Shown here: positions 8,006 through 16,684 of the stretch, in pieces
Layout: each line of letters starts with the position of its first letter
How positions within the stretch are numbered: the first letter of the stretch is position 1
Assembly: GCA_019038625.1 (NCBI GenBank)
Contig: JAHOYU010000077.1
Span: 3,703-67,702, forward strand
Direction: 5' to 3'
Source of the DNA: Candidatus Latescibacterota bacterium
GTDB lineage: Bacteria; Krumholzibacteriota; Krumholzibacteriia; Krumholzibacteriales; Krumholzibacteriaceae
Length of the DNA: 64,000 nucleotides
The notes under the pieces: generated by a model
What the model was told of the DNA's origin: nothing
The model's input: the letters and a program-made list of their open reading frames with translations, nothing else
Database searches by the model: none
Made by a program: the position numbers and the translations under genes

Positions 8006-8929
8006 ATGCCGATAATAATGACACCAGAGCAGTTAGCCAAGCGCAGGACGCATATCTGCTCATCTGAGGTGGGCAAGATATTCAACGAAAGCCCATTCGG
8101 GAATGCCTGGGATGTCTGGTGCGAAAAGGTCTGGGAGTTGGAGGATTGGCCGAGTACGCCCATGCAAGAGGCGGGTAACTACCTGGAACCGGCAATCGCC
8201 GCTTGGGCCTGCGACCAGCTTGGTATTGAATGGGAACTTGACCAAGAGAAGTTAGAGGGCATCAAGGGCTTGCACATGAGCCACCCCGACGGCGAGGATA
8301 AGGCTAACCCAAAGGTTGGCGGGGAGTGGAAGCTTGTGACCATGACAGCCGGTTGGGGTAAGGCCCAAGATGAAATACCTGGCTTTGTCGCCCTACAGGT
8401 TGCCCATCAGATGTATGTAAAGGATTATGACAAGGTTCATGTCGTGGTGTTTAAGCGCACGATGGGAGAGCCTTTCAGCTTGTACGAGATCGGCAGAACT
8501 CCGGTGGTTGAAGAGATGATCAAGACGGTGGTGGAGCATACCGAATGGTGGTGGAATGAGTACGTACTGACCAAGAAAGAGCCGGAGAACACGCCACTGC
8601 CCTCACTTGATACCCTGAACAGAGTCATCCGACTGCCGCATCCTGATAATACAACGGTTATCCCGCTGTCGCTGGTGGAAGCGTGGGATGAAGCGCGTAG
8701 ACAGCGCCTGGAAGCGGAAAAGTTTGAGAAGGAGCAGAAGAAGGCCATGCTGATGGCTCTTGGCGAGTACGAGGCGGCAAACCTTGATGATGGAAGCCTG
8801 ATCTGGTTAAAGACGGAAGGTGCTGGCAGGCGAATCGATACGAAGAGATTCAAGAAAGAAGAGCCGGAGCTTTACATCAAATTCAGTAACGAATCCACCC
8901 GGCAGATACCGCGCTGGAAGAAAGGTTGA
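8006..8929 (+). CDS. YqaJ-like (lambda-exonuclease fold) recombination exonuclease
   Basis: The N-terminal ICSSEVGKIFNESPFGNAWDVW..AGNYLE pattern matches the GxSE...G...E core of YqaJ-type viral recombinase exonucleases. It sits in a module with RecT and the ATPase. RBS AAAGGAGCAACGATG. Confidence 0.6.
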   Translation: MPIIMTPEQLAKRRTHICSSEVGKIFNESPFGNAWDVWCEKVWELEDWPSTPMQEAGNYLEPAIAAWACDQLGIEWELDQEKLEGIKGLHMSHPDGEDKANPKVGGEWKLVTMTAGWGKAQDEIPGFVALQVAHQMYVKDYDKVHVVVFKRTMGEPFSLYEIGRTPVVEEMIKTVVEHTEWWWNEYVLTKKEPENTPLPSLDTLNRVIRLPHPDNTTVIPLSLVEAWDEARRQRLEAEKFEKEQKKAMLMALGEYEAANLDDGSLIWLKTEGAGRRIDTKRFKKEEPELYIKFSNESTRQIPRWKKG

Positions 8930-8935
8930 GGGGCT

Positions 8936-9112
8936 ATGGACAATACAGCCGAAGAGCATTCAGCAGTGATCCAGGCTAAGATTGCCGACATGGCCGATAC
9001 AATTGAGATATTGCAAGATAAAGACCTTATGCGTCAGATAAAGAGCAGCGAGAAAGACATCGCGCAAGGCCGCACCATTCCAGCCTCTGTAATTAAAGCC
9101 AAATATGGTTGA
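8936..9112 (+). CDS. small hypothetical protein (58 aa, below the ORF-track cutoff)
   Basis: ATG at 8936 with GGGGCT upstream. Encodes MDNTAEEHSAVIQAKIADMADTIEILQDKDL... Confidence 0.3.
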   Translation: MDNTAEEHSAVIQAKIADMADTIEILQDKDLMRQIKSSEKDIAQGRTIPASVIKAKYG

Positions 9113-9334
9113 GGGGCTGAAACGAGAAAGCGTAAACACAACGGAAATTGCGAGGGGGTGGCGTGAAAGGCAAAGAGTTGTACCCCGAAGGTGCGTTCTT
9201 GGATGCCGCTGGTCAAAAGTATCGACCATCAAACGGTACCGATGGTGAAATGTTTCAAGCCATGTGGTGCGATAAGTGTAGGCTTGAACCTGATCAAGAT
9301 CAACGGGAGTGGAAAAGGTACTCGGAGAAATGAA

Positions 9335-9526
9335 ATGAAAAAGATACATGTCTATCGACCAGGAACCGGAAAGAGTTTCTGCGGGTTGGTTGTGGGCTTA
9401 CATTCGGGGGTGAAGATCGTGCGAGATACTACTGCCGGGAAATTAATCGGCTGGCGCGGCAAGTACACGGTTGGGGATTTCTGTGCTAAGTGCGTGAAGG
9501 CAAGTGAAATAAAGGCGGAAGTATGA
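9335..9526 (+). CDS. small hypothetical protein (63 aa)
   Basis: ATG immediately after the stop of ORF 9148-9333 (ATGAAATGA arrangement). Its end overlaps the next gene's start (ATGA). Confidence 0.35.
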   Translation: MKKIHVYRPGTGKSFCGLVVGLHSGVKIVRDTTAGKLIGWRGKYTVGDFCAKCVKASEIKAEV

Positions 9527-10200
9527 GAAAGCGCGGCCACAACGCTATTGGTTATTGCCACGAAACGCGGAATCCTATCGGCGGCTGTCTGCACGGCTGT
9601 TCCTATTGCTACGCCCACCGGATGAGCAAGCGGTTCCCAAATCTGTCAATGGAGCCGAAATTTTACCCGGAGCGGCTTGGAAAGATGGCCCGCGAACTCG
9701 CCACGACCGAGCCGAGCAGAATATTTGTCGGCAGTATGGGTGATATGTTCGGGGACTGGGTACCCCGGCATTGGATTTTGCATGTGCTTGCGGTGTGCTA
9801 CATACTTGAACGGCATAGGTTTTTGTTTTTGACGAAGAATCCTGCACGGTATGGAGAATTTCGATTACCGGAAAACTGCTGGTGTGGAACCAGTATTGAG
9901 GGCGGCAAGGATGATGAAGTCGCGCGTCGCTTGGAAATGTTGGCAATCCACGCGCCGCGAGAAAGGTCTTTTATATCTCTGGAGCCGCTATTGACAGAAC
10001 CGTCTTATTTGTTACGCAATCACCCCTACCGCTGGCTGATTATCGGCGGTCTAACGGGTAAGGGAGCGCGACCGGCTCCAGGCGGGTGGGTAAAAAATGC
10101 AATATACATGGCGAAAGTGCAGGATAGGCCCGTCTACATCAAATCCAACGCCGGGCATCCGGAAATAGTACAAGAATTCCCCGAAGGTTTATTGTTGTAA
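9523..10200 (+). CDS. DUF5131 (phage Gp37/Gp68-like) protein with a CxxxCxxC motif (radical-SAM-like)
   Basis: WNP-like start: IGYCHETRNPIGGCLHGCSYCYAHRMSKRF matches the WNPvtGC...GCdhCYA signature of the Gp37/Gp68 family. Confidence 0.55.
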   Translation: MRKRGHNAIGYCHETRNPIGGCLHGCSYCYAHRMSKRFPNLSMEPKFYPERLGKMARELATTEPSRIFVGSMGDMFGDWVPRHWILHVLAVCYILERHRFLFLTKNPARYGEFRLPENCWCGTSIEGGKDDEVARRLEMLAIHAPRERSFISLEPLLTEPSYLLRNHPYRWLIIGGLTGKGARPAPGGWVKNAIYMAKVQDRPVYIKSNAGHPEIVQEFPEGLLL

Positions 10201-10215
10201 TTAATAGGAGATGTT

Positions 10216-10416
10216 ATGCCAGATGATAAAGACCACAAGGGCATCAGGGTATCAAGTCTTATGGATTTAGATTGGGCAAGGAGTCAAAAACTGCCTGTCT
10301 TTATTCCCGCTGACAAATCTTGGGCAGCCCCCAAACCGGCAGCGGTTTTGATTAATCAGGCGGGCCATGTTCTACTGCGCCTGTTCAGGGCCGGTATGTA
10401 CGTCTACGTGAAATGA
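10216..10416 (+). CDS. hypothetical protein (66 aa)
   Basis: ORF with RBS AGGAGATGTTATG. Confidence 0.4.
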   Translation: MPDDKDHKGIRVSSLMDLDWARSQKLPVFIPADKSWAAPKPAAVLINQAGHVLLRLFRAGMYVYVK

Positions 10417-10434
10417 CCAACGCACCTGAAAGGG

Positions 10435-11583
10435 GTGAATATTATGGTGGAGAACAAAGATAATACCTCAACGGAGATGACAACGCGGGATAAGTCATTC
10501 ACAAGCCAGCTTGTTTCAACCGGTGGGACGCACATCGGCAAGCTCCTGCAAAAGCGTCATGATATTGAATACTTCATCGGGCAGGCGGTCATCAGCCTGA
10601 TGGGCAGTGAAAAGGAAAAAGAATACAATATCGCACGCCAACATCCCCACCAGCTTCTTAAGGTAATAGGCCAGCAGGCCATACTTGGCCTTCAGAGCAG
10701 CCTGGGGCTGTGCCATATCGTTGCTTTCGGGCAAACCCTACAACTTATGGTAGACTACAAGGGATATCTGGAAGTGGCGCACCGTCACCCACAGATCAAG
10801 CAGATTATTGCGAAAGCCGTCTATGAGAAAGACGAGATCGATATAGATTCTGCGCGCAAGCCGCCGGTGGCCCACCGCATAAGCCTCGATGATGACCGTG
10901 GTAAGCTCCGTGGCGCATACGCTATGGTGGAGTATACAAACGGCGGTTTTGATTTCCGCTGGTGCCCTGAGTCTGAGATTCTCGATATACGCGACAAGTA
11001 CTCTAAGGCGTGGAAAGCCAAAGGCAAGTCAAGTGTCTGGGGCCAGCGTCCGAGTGAGATGTACGTCAAGACAGCCGTTAACCTACTGTGGAAAATACTG
11101 CCGAAGACGGATGCAATGCACCAGCTTTACAAGTTTGACAACGCGGCCAGCGCCGAAATGCCGTCAGACCGGACACCCGAAGGCGAAACGACTGAAAACC
11201 TGTCAGAAAGAATGCGGGAGGAAAGCGCACGCCAGCGCGGCCAGACCACAGAAGAACCGTCCGCGCCAGCCAACATCGAAGACGCTCAGTTTGAGGAAAC
11301 GGAGCCAGCGACAGAGCCGCCACCCGAAAAACCGGAGAAAGGCAAGAAGGGGACTACGAGCAGCAAGAAGGAAAAGCCAGCAACGAACCCGGCTGCGGGG
11401 AAAAAGAATACGTTTTCTGCCAAACACCACCAGCGCCTTGCCGATCTGATTGAATTCTTCGGCAACCCGAAGGTAGTGGATGCCCGACAAACTCTTGACA
11501 TTATGAAATTTCACATTGGGGATCATACGCCAGAAGACGTAGAGCGTATCGCCCAACTGCTTGAAAACGGCTCAACTAATTAG
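10435..11583 (+). CDS. RecT-family single-strand annealing protein
   Basis: The N-terminal 230 aa follow the RecT pattern, including the C-proximal ...SVWGQRPSEMYVKTAVNLLWKILP (the M..KT....L.K.LP signature). A low-complexity acidic/basic tail follows. Adjacent to the exonuclease and ATPase. Confidence 0.6.
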   Translation: MNIMVENKDNTSTEMTTRDKSFTSQLVSTGGTHIGKLLQKRHDIEYFIGQAVISLMGSEKEKEYNIARQHPHQLLKVIGQQAILGLQSSLGLCHIVAFGQTLQLMVDYKGYLEVAHRHPQIKQIIAKAVYEKDEIDIDSARKPPVAHRISLDDDRGKLRGAYAMVEYTNGGFDFRWCPESEILDIRDKYSKAWKAKGKSSVWGQRPSEMYVKTAVNLLWKILPKTDAMHQLYKFDNAASAEMPSDRTPEGETTENLSERMREESARQRGQTTEEPSAPANIEDAQFEETEPATEPPPEKPEKGKKGTTSSKKEKPATNPAAGKKNTFSAKHHQRLADLIEFFGNPKVVDARQTLDIMKFHIGDHTPEDVERIAQLLENGSTN

Positions 11584-11663
11584 CATCTGGCCGGGCGGCG
11601 TGGTGCCAATAGGCGTTATCTGACCCTGGCCAGATATTTTAACAATCTAACTACGAGGAAGAG

Positions 11664-11912
11664 ATGGATACACAGGAGAAGAAACCCACTGCCGAAGAAG
11701 ACGATGCGCTGGTCAGGGATTGGCGTAAGGCGCTTATTGATAGGGGCATGAAGCCTCTCGACTTCTGCAAGCTCTATCCCAATGAAATACCGTCAAAGAA
11801 CGTGTTTACACAGGCCATCAACGGGCATACCAACTTGCAGGACAGGTTCAGGGATGCCATGACCGCCTTTGTGGGCGAGACAAGGGCTATGGTTGCCGAT
11901 GAGCGCAGATAA
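11664..11912 (+). CDS. hypothetical protein (82 aa)
   Basis: ORF with RBS GAGGAAGAGATG. Confidence 0.45.
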   Translation: MDTQEKKPTAEEDDALVRDWRKALIDRGMKPLDFCKLYPNEIPSKNVFTQAINGHTNLQDRFRDAMTAFVGETRAMVADERR

Positions 11913-12558
11913 GGGCGTTACTAATACACCGCCCTTCCTGCGTATGTTTCACGAATTCTGGCTGAATACTGATCTCCCAAAGCTTAATCATGGGCAGCGC
12001 GGCAGTTTGGTTTATCTGATGCTTGAAGCGTGGACGCACCACTGGCCAGAGTTCGACATACCGGAAGGCTCTGTAAACCATAAAGTATATGATGCCTTTG
12101 TGAAGTACGGTAAGCCTTACCTTGAACTGGAACGCGACTATTACCTTCGGGGAGAAAAATCAGGCACCGCCAGGGTAACGGTTGACGGGTGGTTTAAGGC
12201 CAATCCGGAACAGGATGAGCTATTCAAGCAGTTCCACAAAGCGTATCCTCGCAAGGATGGGGAGGTAGAACCAAGACGGGCATGGAAAGATGCGAAGATC
12301 AAGCCCGAATTCTTCTCCCAGCTAATGAAGGCCTTGGAAGCACAGATAAAATCAGGCCAGTTGCCAGCCGACAAAGAGCGGAAGCGGTTCTGCAAGCAGG
12401 AAAGCCGCTGGATAAGGGGTAAGCACTGGCAGGATGAAATCATTGAACGGAGTAACAATGGAGATAGAAAAGCTGGAAGCTCTCAACGGGGACTCCCTGC
12501 GGACGAAAATGCAGGATACATTGAAGGACAATCCGATTTTACAAAGCTTGATGTCTGA
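11899..12558 (+). CDS. putative replication-initiation or helicase-loader partner protein
   Basis: 219 aa from an internal ATG. Its stop overlaps the start of the DnaC-like gene (ATGTCTGA), so the two are translationally coupled. The function is inferred from position only. Confidence 0.35.
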   Translation: MSADKGVTNTPPFLRMFHEFWLNTDLPKLNHGQRGSLVYLMLEAWTHHWPEFDIPEGSVNHKVYDAFVKYGKPYLELERDYYLRGEKSGTARVTVDGWFKANPEQDELFKQFHKAYPRKDGEVEPRRAWKDAKIKPEFFSQLMKALEAQIKSGQLPADKERKRFCKQESRWIRGKHWQDEIIERSNNGDRKAGSSQRGLPADENAGYIEGQSDFTKLDV

Positions 12559-13381
12559 GCTTATAGACCTGTCGCCCGCGCAAGATGACTGTAGCATGAC
12601 TACTTGCTGCGGGGATTGCGGGCTTTCCTATATGACAACGGATATCGCCGGTAAGATTTTCATCTACATGCCGTGTCATCATTGCAAGGGAGAGATTTAC
12701 GAGAAATTCCGCACCGCCTATGCGAAGTTTCACCGGGTAGTAGAGCAAGCACAGCACTTTGAGAGCTTCGTCACCGATAACATGATTGGCCCCAGGCTTG
12801 GTGCGGCAACCTTCAAGAGCTTTGAGACTTACGGGACACCCACGGAGATAGGACGGCAGGAGCGTGCCCTTTCTACTTGTAAGGCGTATGCCCATTATTT
12901 TGATAACAGAACCGTACAGTGGATGGTTCTGGCCGGTGGATGTGGAACGGGCAAGGGTCATCTGGCCATGAGTATAATGCGTGCGATAATTGAGCGCGGG
13001 GAAGGTCCGTGCCGTTTTATCAGCATGGACAGGATGATGCTGGAGATCGGTGAAACCTACCGCAGTGACAGCCCCGTAAGCACAATGAAGTACTTGGATG
13101 CCTTGTGTGAGGTCAGGCTGTTGACAATAGACGATCTTGGGCGTAACATTAATATAAACGAGCATGTCAGGGGCAGGCTGTTCACGATAATCAATACGCG
13201 CAACCTGAACATGCTTCCCACCATCTTTACCACGAACTTGCTGCCGAAGGATGACGATAACCCGGAGCGCAGCACGCTCAAAAAGGTCTTAGGCCAAGCT
13301 AACTACGAAAGAATCTTCGATAAGACCACGGATAACCTCTATGTCCCTTTTGAATGGCGCTCTTACCGGGAAAAGAAATGA
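12551..13381 (+). CDS. DnaC/IstB-like AAA+ helicase-loader ATPase with an N-terminal Cys-rich zinc finger
   Basis: Walker A GGCGTGKGHLAMS, Walker B LLTIDDLG, sensor FTTNLL. Upstream CCGDCG...CHHC zinc-finger. The start is chosen at the ATG coupled to the upstream stop; the ORF track allows 12434. Confidence 0.65.
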   Translation: MSELIDLSPAQDDCSMTTCCGDCGLSYMTTDIAGKIFIYMPCHHCKGEIYEKFRTAYAKFHRVVEQAQHFESFVTDNMIGPRLGAATFKSFETYGTPTEIGRQERALSTCKAYAHYFDNRTVQWMVLAGGCGTGKGHLAMSIMRAIIERGEGPCRFISMDRMMLEIGETYRSDSPVSTMKYLDALCEVRLLTIDDLGRNININEHVRGRLFTIINTRNLNMLPTIFTTNLLPKDDDNPERSTLKKVLGQANYERIFDKTTDNLYVPFEWRSYREKK

Positions 13382-13394
13382 GAGAGGCAGGGCG

Positions 13395-14123
13395 ATGCAC
13401 GGAATGAAATGGCCAAAGGATTATATCAATCAGGTTATCTGTGGCGATTGTCTTGAGGTTATGAAAAGTATGCCGGATGAGTGTGTGAACATGGTGTGGA
13501 CTGACCCGCCGTATAACGCTGGCAAGGATTACGGCACATATAAAGACAAGTTATCTGACAATGAATATCTAAAAATGTGCGAGATGTGGGCGCGAGAGAT
13601 GAAGCGAGTCTCTGGAAACAGGATGGCCATATTTGTGCCGCAGAAATACAAGCTGGATTGGTGGTTGCTGCTGGGGTCGGATTACCGTGAAATTATACTT
13701 ACGTGGTCTCCAGAGGGCAGTTTGCGCGGAGGGTTTTGCAACCAGTTTTCCACGCTTCTTACAAACATGCGGCCCCTGAAATACACGAAAAACGTATGGC
13801 ACAATTGCCAAATGCCGGGATTGGGATATTTTTTCCGCGAAAACAATTACAATCACCCCGGTTATACGTCGGAAGATATTACCGCCCGTGTCATAATGGC
13901 GTTTTCAGAATTGGGGCAAAAAATCTTAGACCCCTTCGGAGGCGCGGGTACCACTGCGGCGGTGTGTAAAGTGCTGGGGCGCAATTCTGTTAGCGTTGAA
14001 GTGGACGCGGGGTGGTGTGAAATGGCTCGTAAGCGGATAGCACAAGCCGCCGAGCAACAAGACTTGTTTCGTAATCCCGTACAAGAGAGACAAGCCGAAC
14101 AGCACAAGTTGGGGTTGGCGTGA
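13395..14123 (+). CDS. DNA methyltransferase (beta-class N6-adenine or N4-cytosine), orphan
   Basis: DPPY motif (VWTDPPYNAGKDY) precedes the FxGxG AdoMet motif (ILDPFGGAGTTAAV). No restriction endonuclease partner nearby. Start at the internal ATG with RBS GAGAGGCAGGGCGATG. Confidence 0.75.
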   Translation: MHGMKWPKDYINQVICGDCLEVMKSMPDECVNMVWTDPPYNAGKDYGTYKDKLSDNEYLKMCEMWAREMKRVSGNRMAIFVPQKYKLDWWLLLGSDYREIILTWSPEGSLRGGFCNQFSTLLTNMRPLKYTKNVWHNCQMPGLGYFFRENNYNHPGYTSEDITARVIMAFSELGQKILDPFGGAGTTAAVCKVLGRNSVSVEVDAGWCEMARKRIAQAAEQQDLFRNPVQERQAEQHKLGLA

Positions 14124-14497
14124 AAAAAAAACAGCCGGAAAAGAAACTACAGGAAGCGTGTCTTGAGATCGCGGGACTGAGCGAGTGCTTCAACGCCTTT
14201 CCGGTGGACATCAACCCGGTTCCCGGTGGCGGTAAACTCGATTGGCGCATTGCCGGGTACCCTGATCTGCTTATCGTGGGGTATAGGGAAGACCGTCAGT
14301 TCCATGTTGAGCTTAAGATAGGGCGCAACGGCCTGAACAGGAAGCAAAAGACATGGCACGCGCGCTACAAGGCCGTCAACGGTTCCGCTTTCGTCTGCCG
14401 TACTACCCTGGAATTCGCTGAAGTGCTGCTTTCAAAGGCCAGAGAGTACGGCTGGCGGGATCAGCGGCTTGAACTTATCCGTGTGGGGCTGCAATGA
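14120..14497 (+). CDS. VRR-NUC domain nuclease (PD-(D/E)xK)
   Basis: GYPDLLIVGY...FHVELKIGRNGLNRKQKTWH matches the VRR-NUC pattern (PD...E.K...Q..W). GTG start overlapping the methyltransferase stop (GTGA). Confidence 0.6.
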   Translation: MKKKQPEKKLQEACLEIAGLSECFNAFPVDINPVPGGGKLDWRIAGYPDLLIVGYREDRQFHVELKIGRNGLNRKQKTWHARYKAVNGSAFVCRTTLEFAEVLLSKAREYGWRDQRLELIRVGLQ

Positions 14498-14742
14498 GTG
14501 ATTGTGCGCACCAACTCCGAGGGCAATATTGGCGGAGGATGATTGATGGCAGAGAGGCCGCACTAATCAACCTGTCGCATCTTACTCTAAACATTAGTAA
14601 GGAGTTTGGGTTCCTCGGCGCGTTTATTGCACTCCATCGGTACAAGGGTAGGTTGGAGCCGCACCTGAGTATATATCTGTGGAAGTGGCACCTATCAATT
14701 GGTTGGAGATGGATAGAAAACAACCTCAAGGAGAGCGTATGA
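14494..14742 (+). CDS. hypothetical protein (82 aa)
   Basis: ATGA overlap with the upstream stop. Confidence 0.35.
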   Translation: MSDCAHQLRGQYWRRMIDGREAALINLSHLTLNISKEFGFLGAFIALHRYKGRLEPHLSIYLWKWHLSIGWRWIENNLKESV

Positions 14743-15227
14743 AGCGCGTAGCGGTGACAAGAACCGTGGATGGGGATCAGGGCACATTCGGGAAGATCGT
14801 GGCTGGTGGACGCTCCTGGTGTTCCCTGGAGCTACCCGGAAGGGGCAATAAGCCCTACGTTTCGCGCATACCGGCGGGAATTTATACCTGTCAGTGGACG
14901 TATAGCACTGCTTTTGAGCGCGACCTGTATATCGTTCTCAACGTTCCGGGCCGTAGCGGGATAATGCTGCACTCAGCCAATTGGGCTGGCAACAGGGATA
15001 AGAACTACTATTCGCAGTTATTGGGCTGTATCGCTCCCGGCCTTGGTTATGGGCAGATGATTCCCACTGCCAACGAACAGCATTGGCAACCGCAGTGGGC
15101 CGTCACGGACAGCAGGGATGCCCTGAAAGAGTTTGAAGATTACCTTGACCGTAAAGAATTTGAGCTTCATGTTATAGATGCAATTTCAGATGTATCTTAT
15201 GAATGGGCGCTTGCGCCCGCAGCATGA
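14739..15227 (+). CDS. putative cell-wall hydrolase (candidate endolysin) with a His...Cys motif reminiscent of the YkuD/L,D-transpeptidase fold
   Basis: LHSANWAGN...(18 aa)...LLGCIAPG resembles the H...(S/T)xGC(I/V) catalytic signature. It lies directly upstream of a holin-like gene. RBS CAAGGAGAGCGTATG. Assignment is tentative. Confidence 0.3.
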   Translation: MKRVAVTRTVDGDQGTFGKIVAGGRSWCSLELPGRGNKPYVSRIPAGIYTCQWTYSTAFERDLYIVLNVPGRSGIMLHSANWAGNRDKNYYSQLLGCIAPGLGYGQMIPTANEQHWQPQWAVTDSRDALKEFEDYLDRKEFELHVIDAISDVSYEWALAPAA

Positions 15228-15238
15228 GAGGTAACATC

Positions 15239-15574
15239 ATGAGTATAGCACTGATAGTCGATTGGGCCGTAGATAATTGGGCCATGCTGGCCGCGTCCTT
15301 TCCCGTTCTCGCAGCCGCGTTGGCCTGGGTGGCCCACCGCATAGGCAAGCTGGGGCCGATCATCATGGAGCTTTACCATGTGCTCAAGGACAAAGAGGCA
15401 TCCGACAAGGAGATCGCCACCATAGTCTGGATGTTCGCCGCAGTTCTGGTAGGCTTGTTCAGTAAGCCAAGTTACAAGGTGCTGAACTACGCGCCCGATC
15501 ACCAGATAGCGTTGCTCAAGGCCAAGCAGTTTATACCGGCCTCATACCGGCCAGAAGTAAAGGCCGTAACTTAA
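15239..15574 (+). CDS. holin-like small membrane protein (two to three TM helices)
   Basis: An internal start gives MSIALIVDWAVDNWAMLAASFPVLAAALAWVAH and a second hydrophobic helix IVWMFAAVLVGLF, with a charged C-terminus. Confidence 0.45.
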   Translation: MSIALIVDWAVDNWAMLAASFPVLAAALAWVAHRIGKLGPIIMELYHVLKDKEASDKEIATIVWMFAAVLVGLFSKPSYKVLNYAPDHQIALLKAKQFIPASYRPEVKAVT

Positions 15575-15590
15575 CCCAAAGGGGTTAACC

Positions 15591-16067
15591 ATGTTTCTTC
15601 TCGATTTACTGGCGGCAATAGGCTCCGTTATGCTCAGGATGTTCAGAGGCAGAACGGGCCGTGTGGCGCGTTATCTTGAGCCGGTGGCAGAATCGATCAT
15701 CCGGCAGCTTGATAAAACCGAACTGACGGCTGAAGAGCGGTTTAAGCTGGCGTTTGAAACGCTGACCAACTTCGCCATTGGGAGCGGGGCAGAGGCCGCT
15801 GATCACGCTATCAACCTCGTTATCGAATGGGAATTAGCTGAGGGGCGTGGTAAGAACATCAAGAAGATATTCGATGAAGGTCTACAGCAGGCCCGCGAGG
15901 TCGTGGCGGAAGTGGGCAAGCTGGCCATCGAAAGCGACATGGACAAGAAGCTGGAGGCCGCAGAACAGTTGCGTATGCGACTAACTCACGACATGAAGGA
16001 ATGGTTGACCGAAACGAATACGCTTTTTTTACTTGTGGAAGCGGCGGTTGCGGAAACTAAAGAATGA
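15591..16067 (+). CDS. membrane-anchored coiled-coil protein (candidate spanin or antiholin-like lysis accessory)
   Basis: N-terminal hydrophobic MFLLDLLAAIGSVMLRMF, then predicted helical or coiled-coil sequence. Last gene of the plus-strand block. Confidence 0.4.
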   Translation: MFLLDLLAAIGSVMLRMFRGRTGRVARYLEPVAESIIRQLDKTELTAEERFKLAFETLTNFAIGSGAEAADHAINLVIEWELAEGRGKNIKKIFDEGLQQAREVVAEVGKLAIESDMDKKLEAAEQLRMRLTHDMKEWLTETNTLFLLVEAAVAETKE

Positions 16068-16072
16068 ATATA

Positions 16073-16108
16073 AACCGGCCTTGAGTATGGGAGTTCTCAA
16101 GGCCGGTT
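16073..16108. terminator. bidirectional rho-independent terminator between convergent gene blocks
   Basis: AAACCGGCCTTGAG, loop, CTCAAGGCCGGTTT forms a 14-bp perfect stem with T-runs on both flanks. It sits between the plus-strand stop at 16067 and the minus-strand stop at 16111. Confidence 0.65.
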
Positions 16109-16110
16109 TT

Positions 16111-16527
16111 CTACTCCCTCAACAGCCGTTCTATTTCTTTCAGGAGTTCGTTGTTCTCCTTCTGGCGGTCAATGAAGCCGTCCACCTTTGTTTCCAGCTT
16201 GACGATCCTGCCGTTCGTATCGTTCTTAAGATCGCCGTGCATCTTGTAGTTGGCAAAACCGGTTCCGACAACGGAAACCGCCGCTGCTGCAACGATGCCG
16301 ATAAGCCAGTAAAAAATGCGGCGTAAATTCTTGACCTCTTCTTTGCTTGCGCGAGTCTTGTATACATCTGCGATAGCTTCCCGAATGTTATTGTCCATCT
16401 GCGCTATCTCTTTGGGCATAAAGGGTGTCTGTGGTTGCCGTGGTGTCGGTTGTCTCCATTGAATCTGTCGCAATGTCGCCGGTTTCAGCCACCTCCATCC
16501 GTTCGACAAGCAGGGTGCGGATGACAA
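16111..16527 (-). CDS. single-pass membrane protein with a C-terminal coiled coil (the start is probably the internal Met near 16416)
   Basis: TM helix FYWLIGIVAAAAVSVVGTGF, then K/E-rich helical sequence. Its 5' end overlaps the 3' end of 16388-16678 in another frame. Confidence 0.4.
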   Translation of the reverse strand: MSSAPCLSNGWRWLKPATLRQIQWRQPTPRQPQTPFMPKEIAQMDNNIREAIADVYKTRASKEEVKNLRRIFYWLIGIVAAAAVSVVGTGFANYKMHGDLKNDTNGRIVKLETKVDGFIDRQKENNELLKEIERLLRE

Positions 16528-16678
16528 GCAATCGTACTTTCATACTGTCCTGCTGGGCGCGCAGGCTGTCATCCTTCTCCGCAAGCGTGTCCGCGCGGCT
16601 GCTGTCTGGCGATTTACTGGCAGCAGAGAGGGCGACAAATAGCGCCAGGCAGCATATAATCAATAGTCGAAACATCAC
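16388..16678 (-). CDS. small protein with a predicted signal peptide (acidic, Thr/Asp-rich mature part)
   Basis: MMFRLLIICCLALFVALSAASKS is a cleavable Sec-type signal peptide. The ORF overlaps the next gene out of frame. Confidence 0.45.
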   Translation of the reverse strand: MMFRLLIICCLALFVALSAASKSPDSSRADTLAEKDDSLRAQQDSMKVRLLVIRTLLVERMEVAETGDIATDSMETTDTTATTDTLYAQRDSADGQ

Positions 16679-16684
16679 TTCTCC

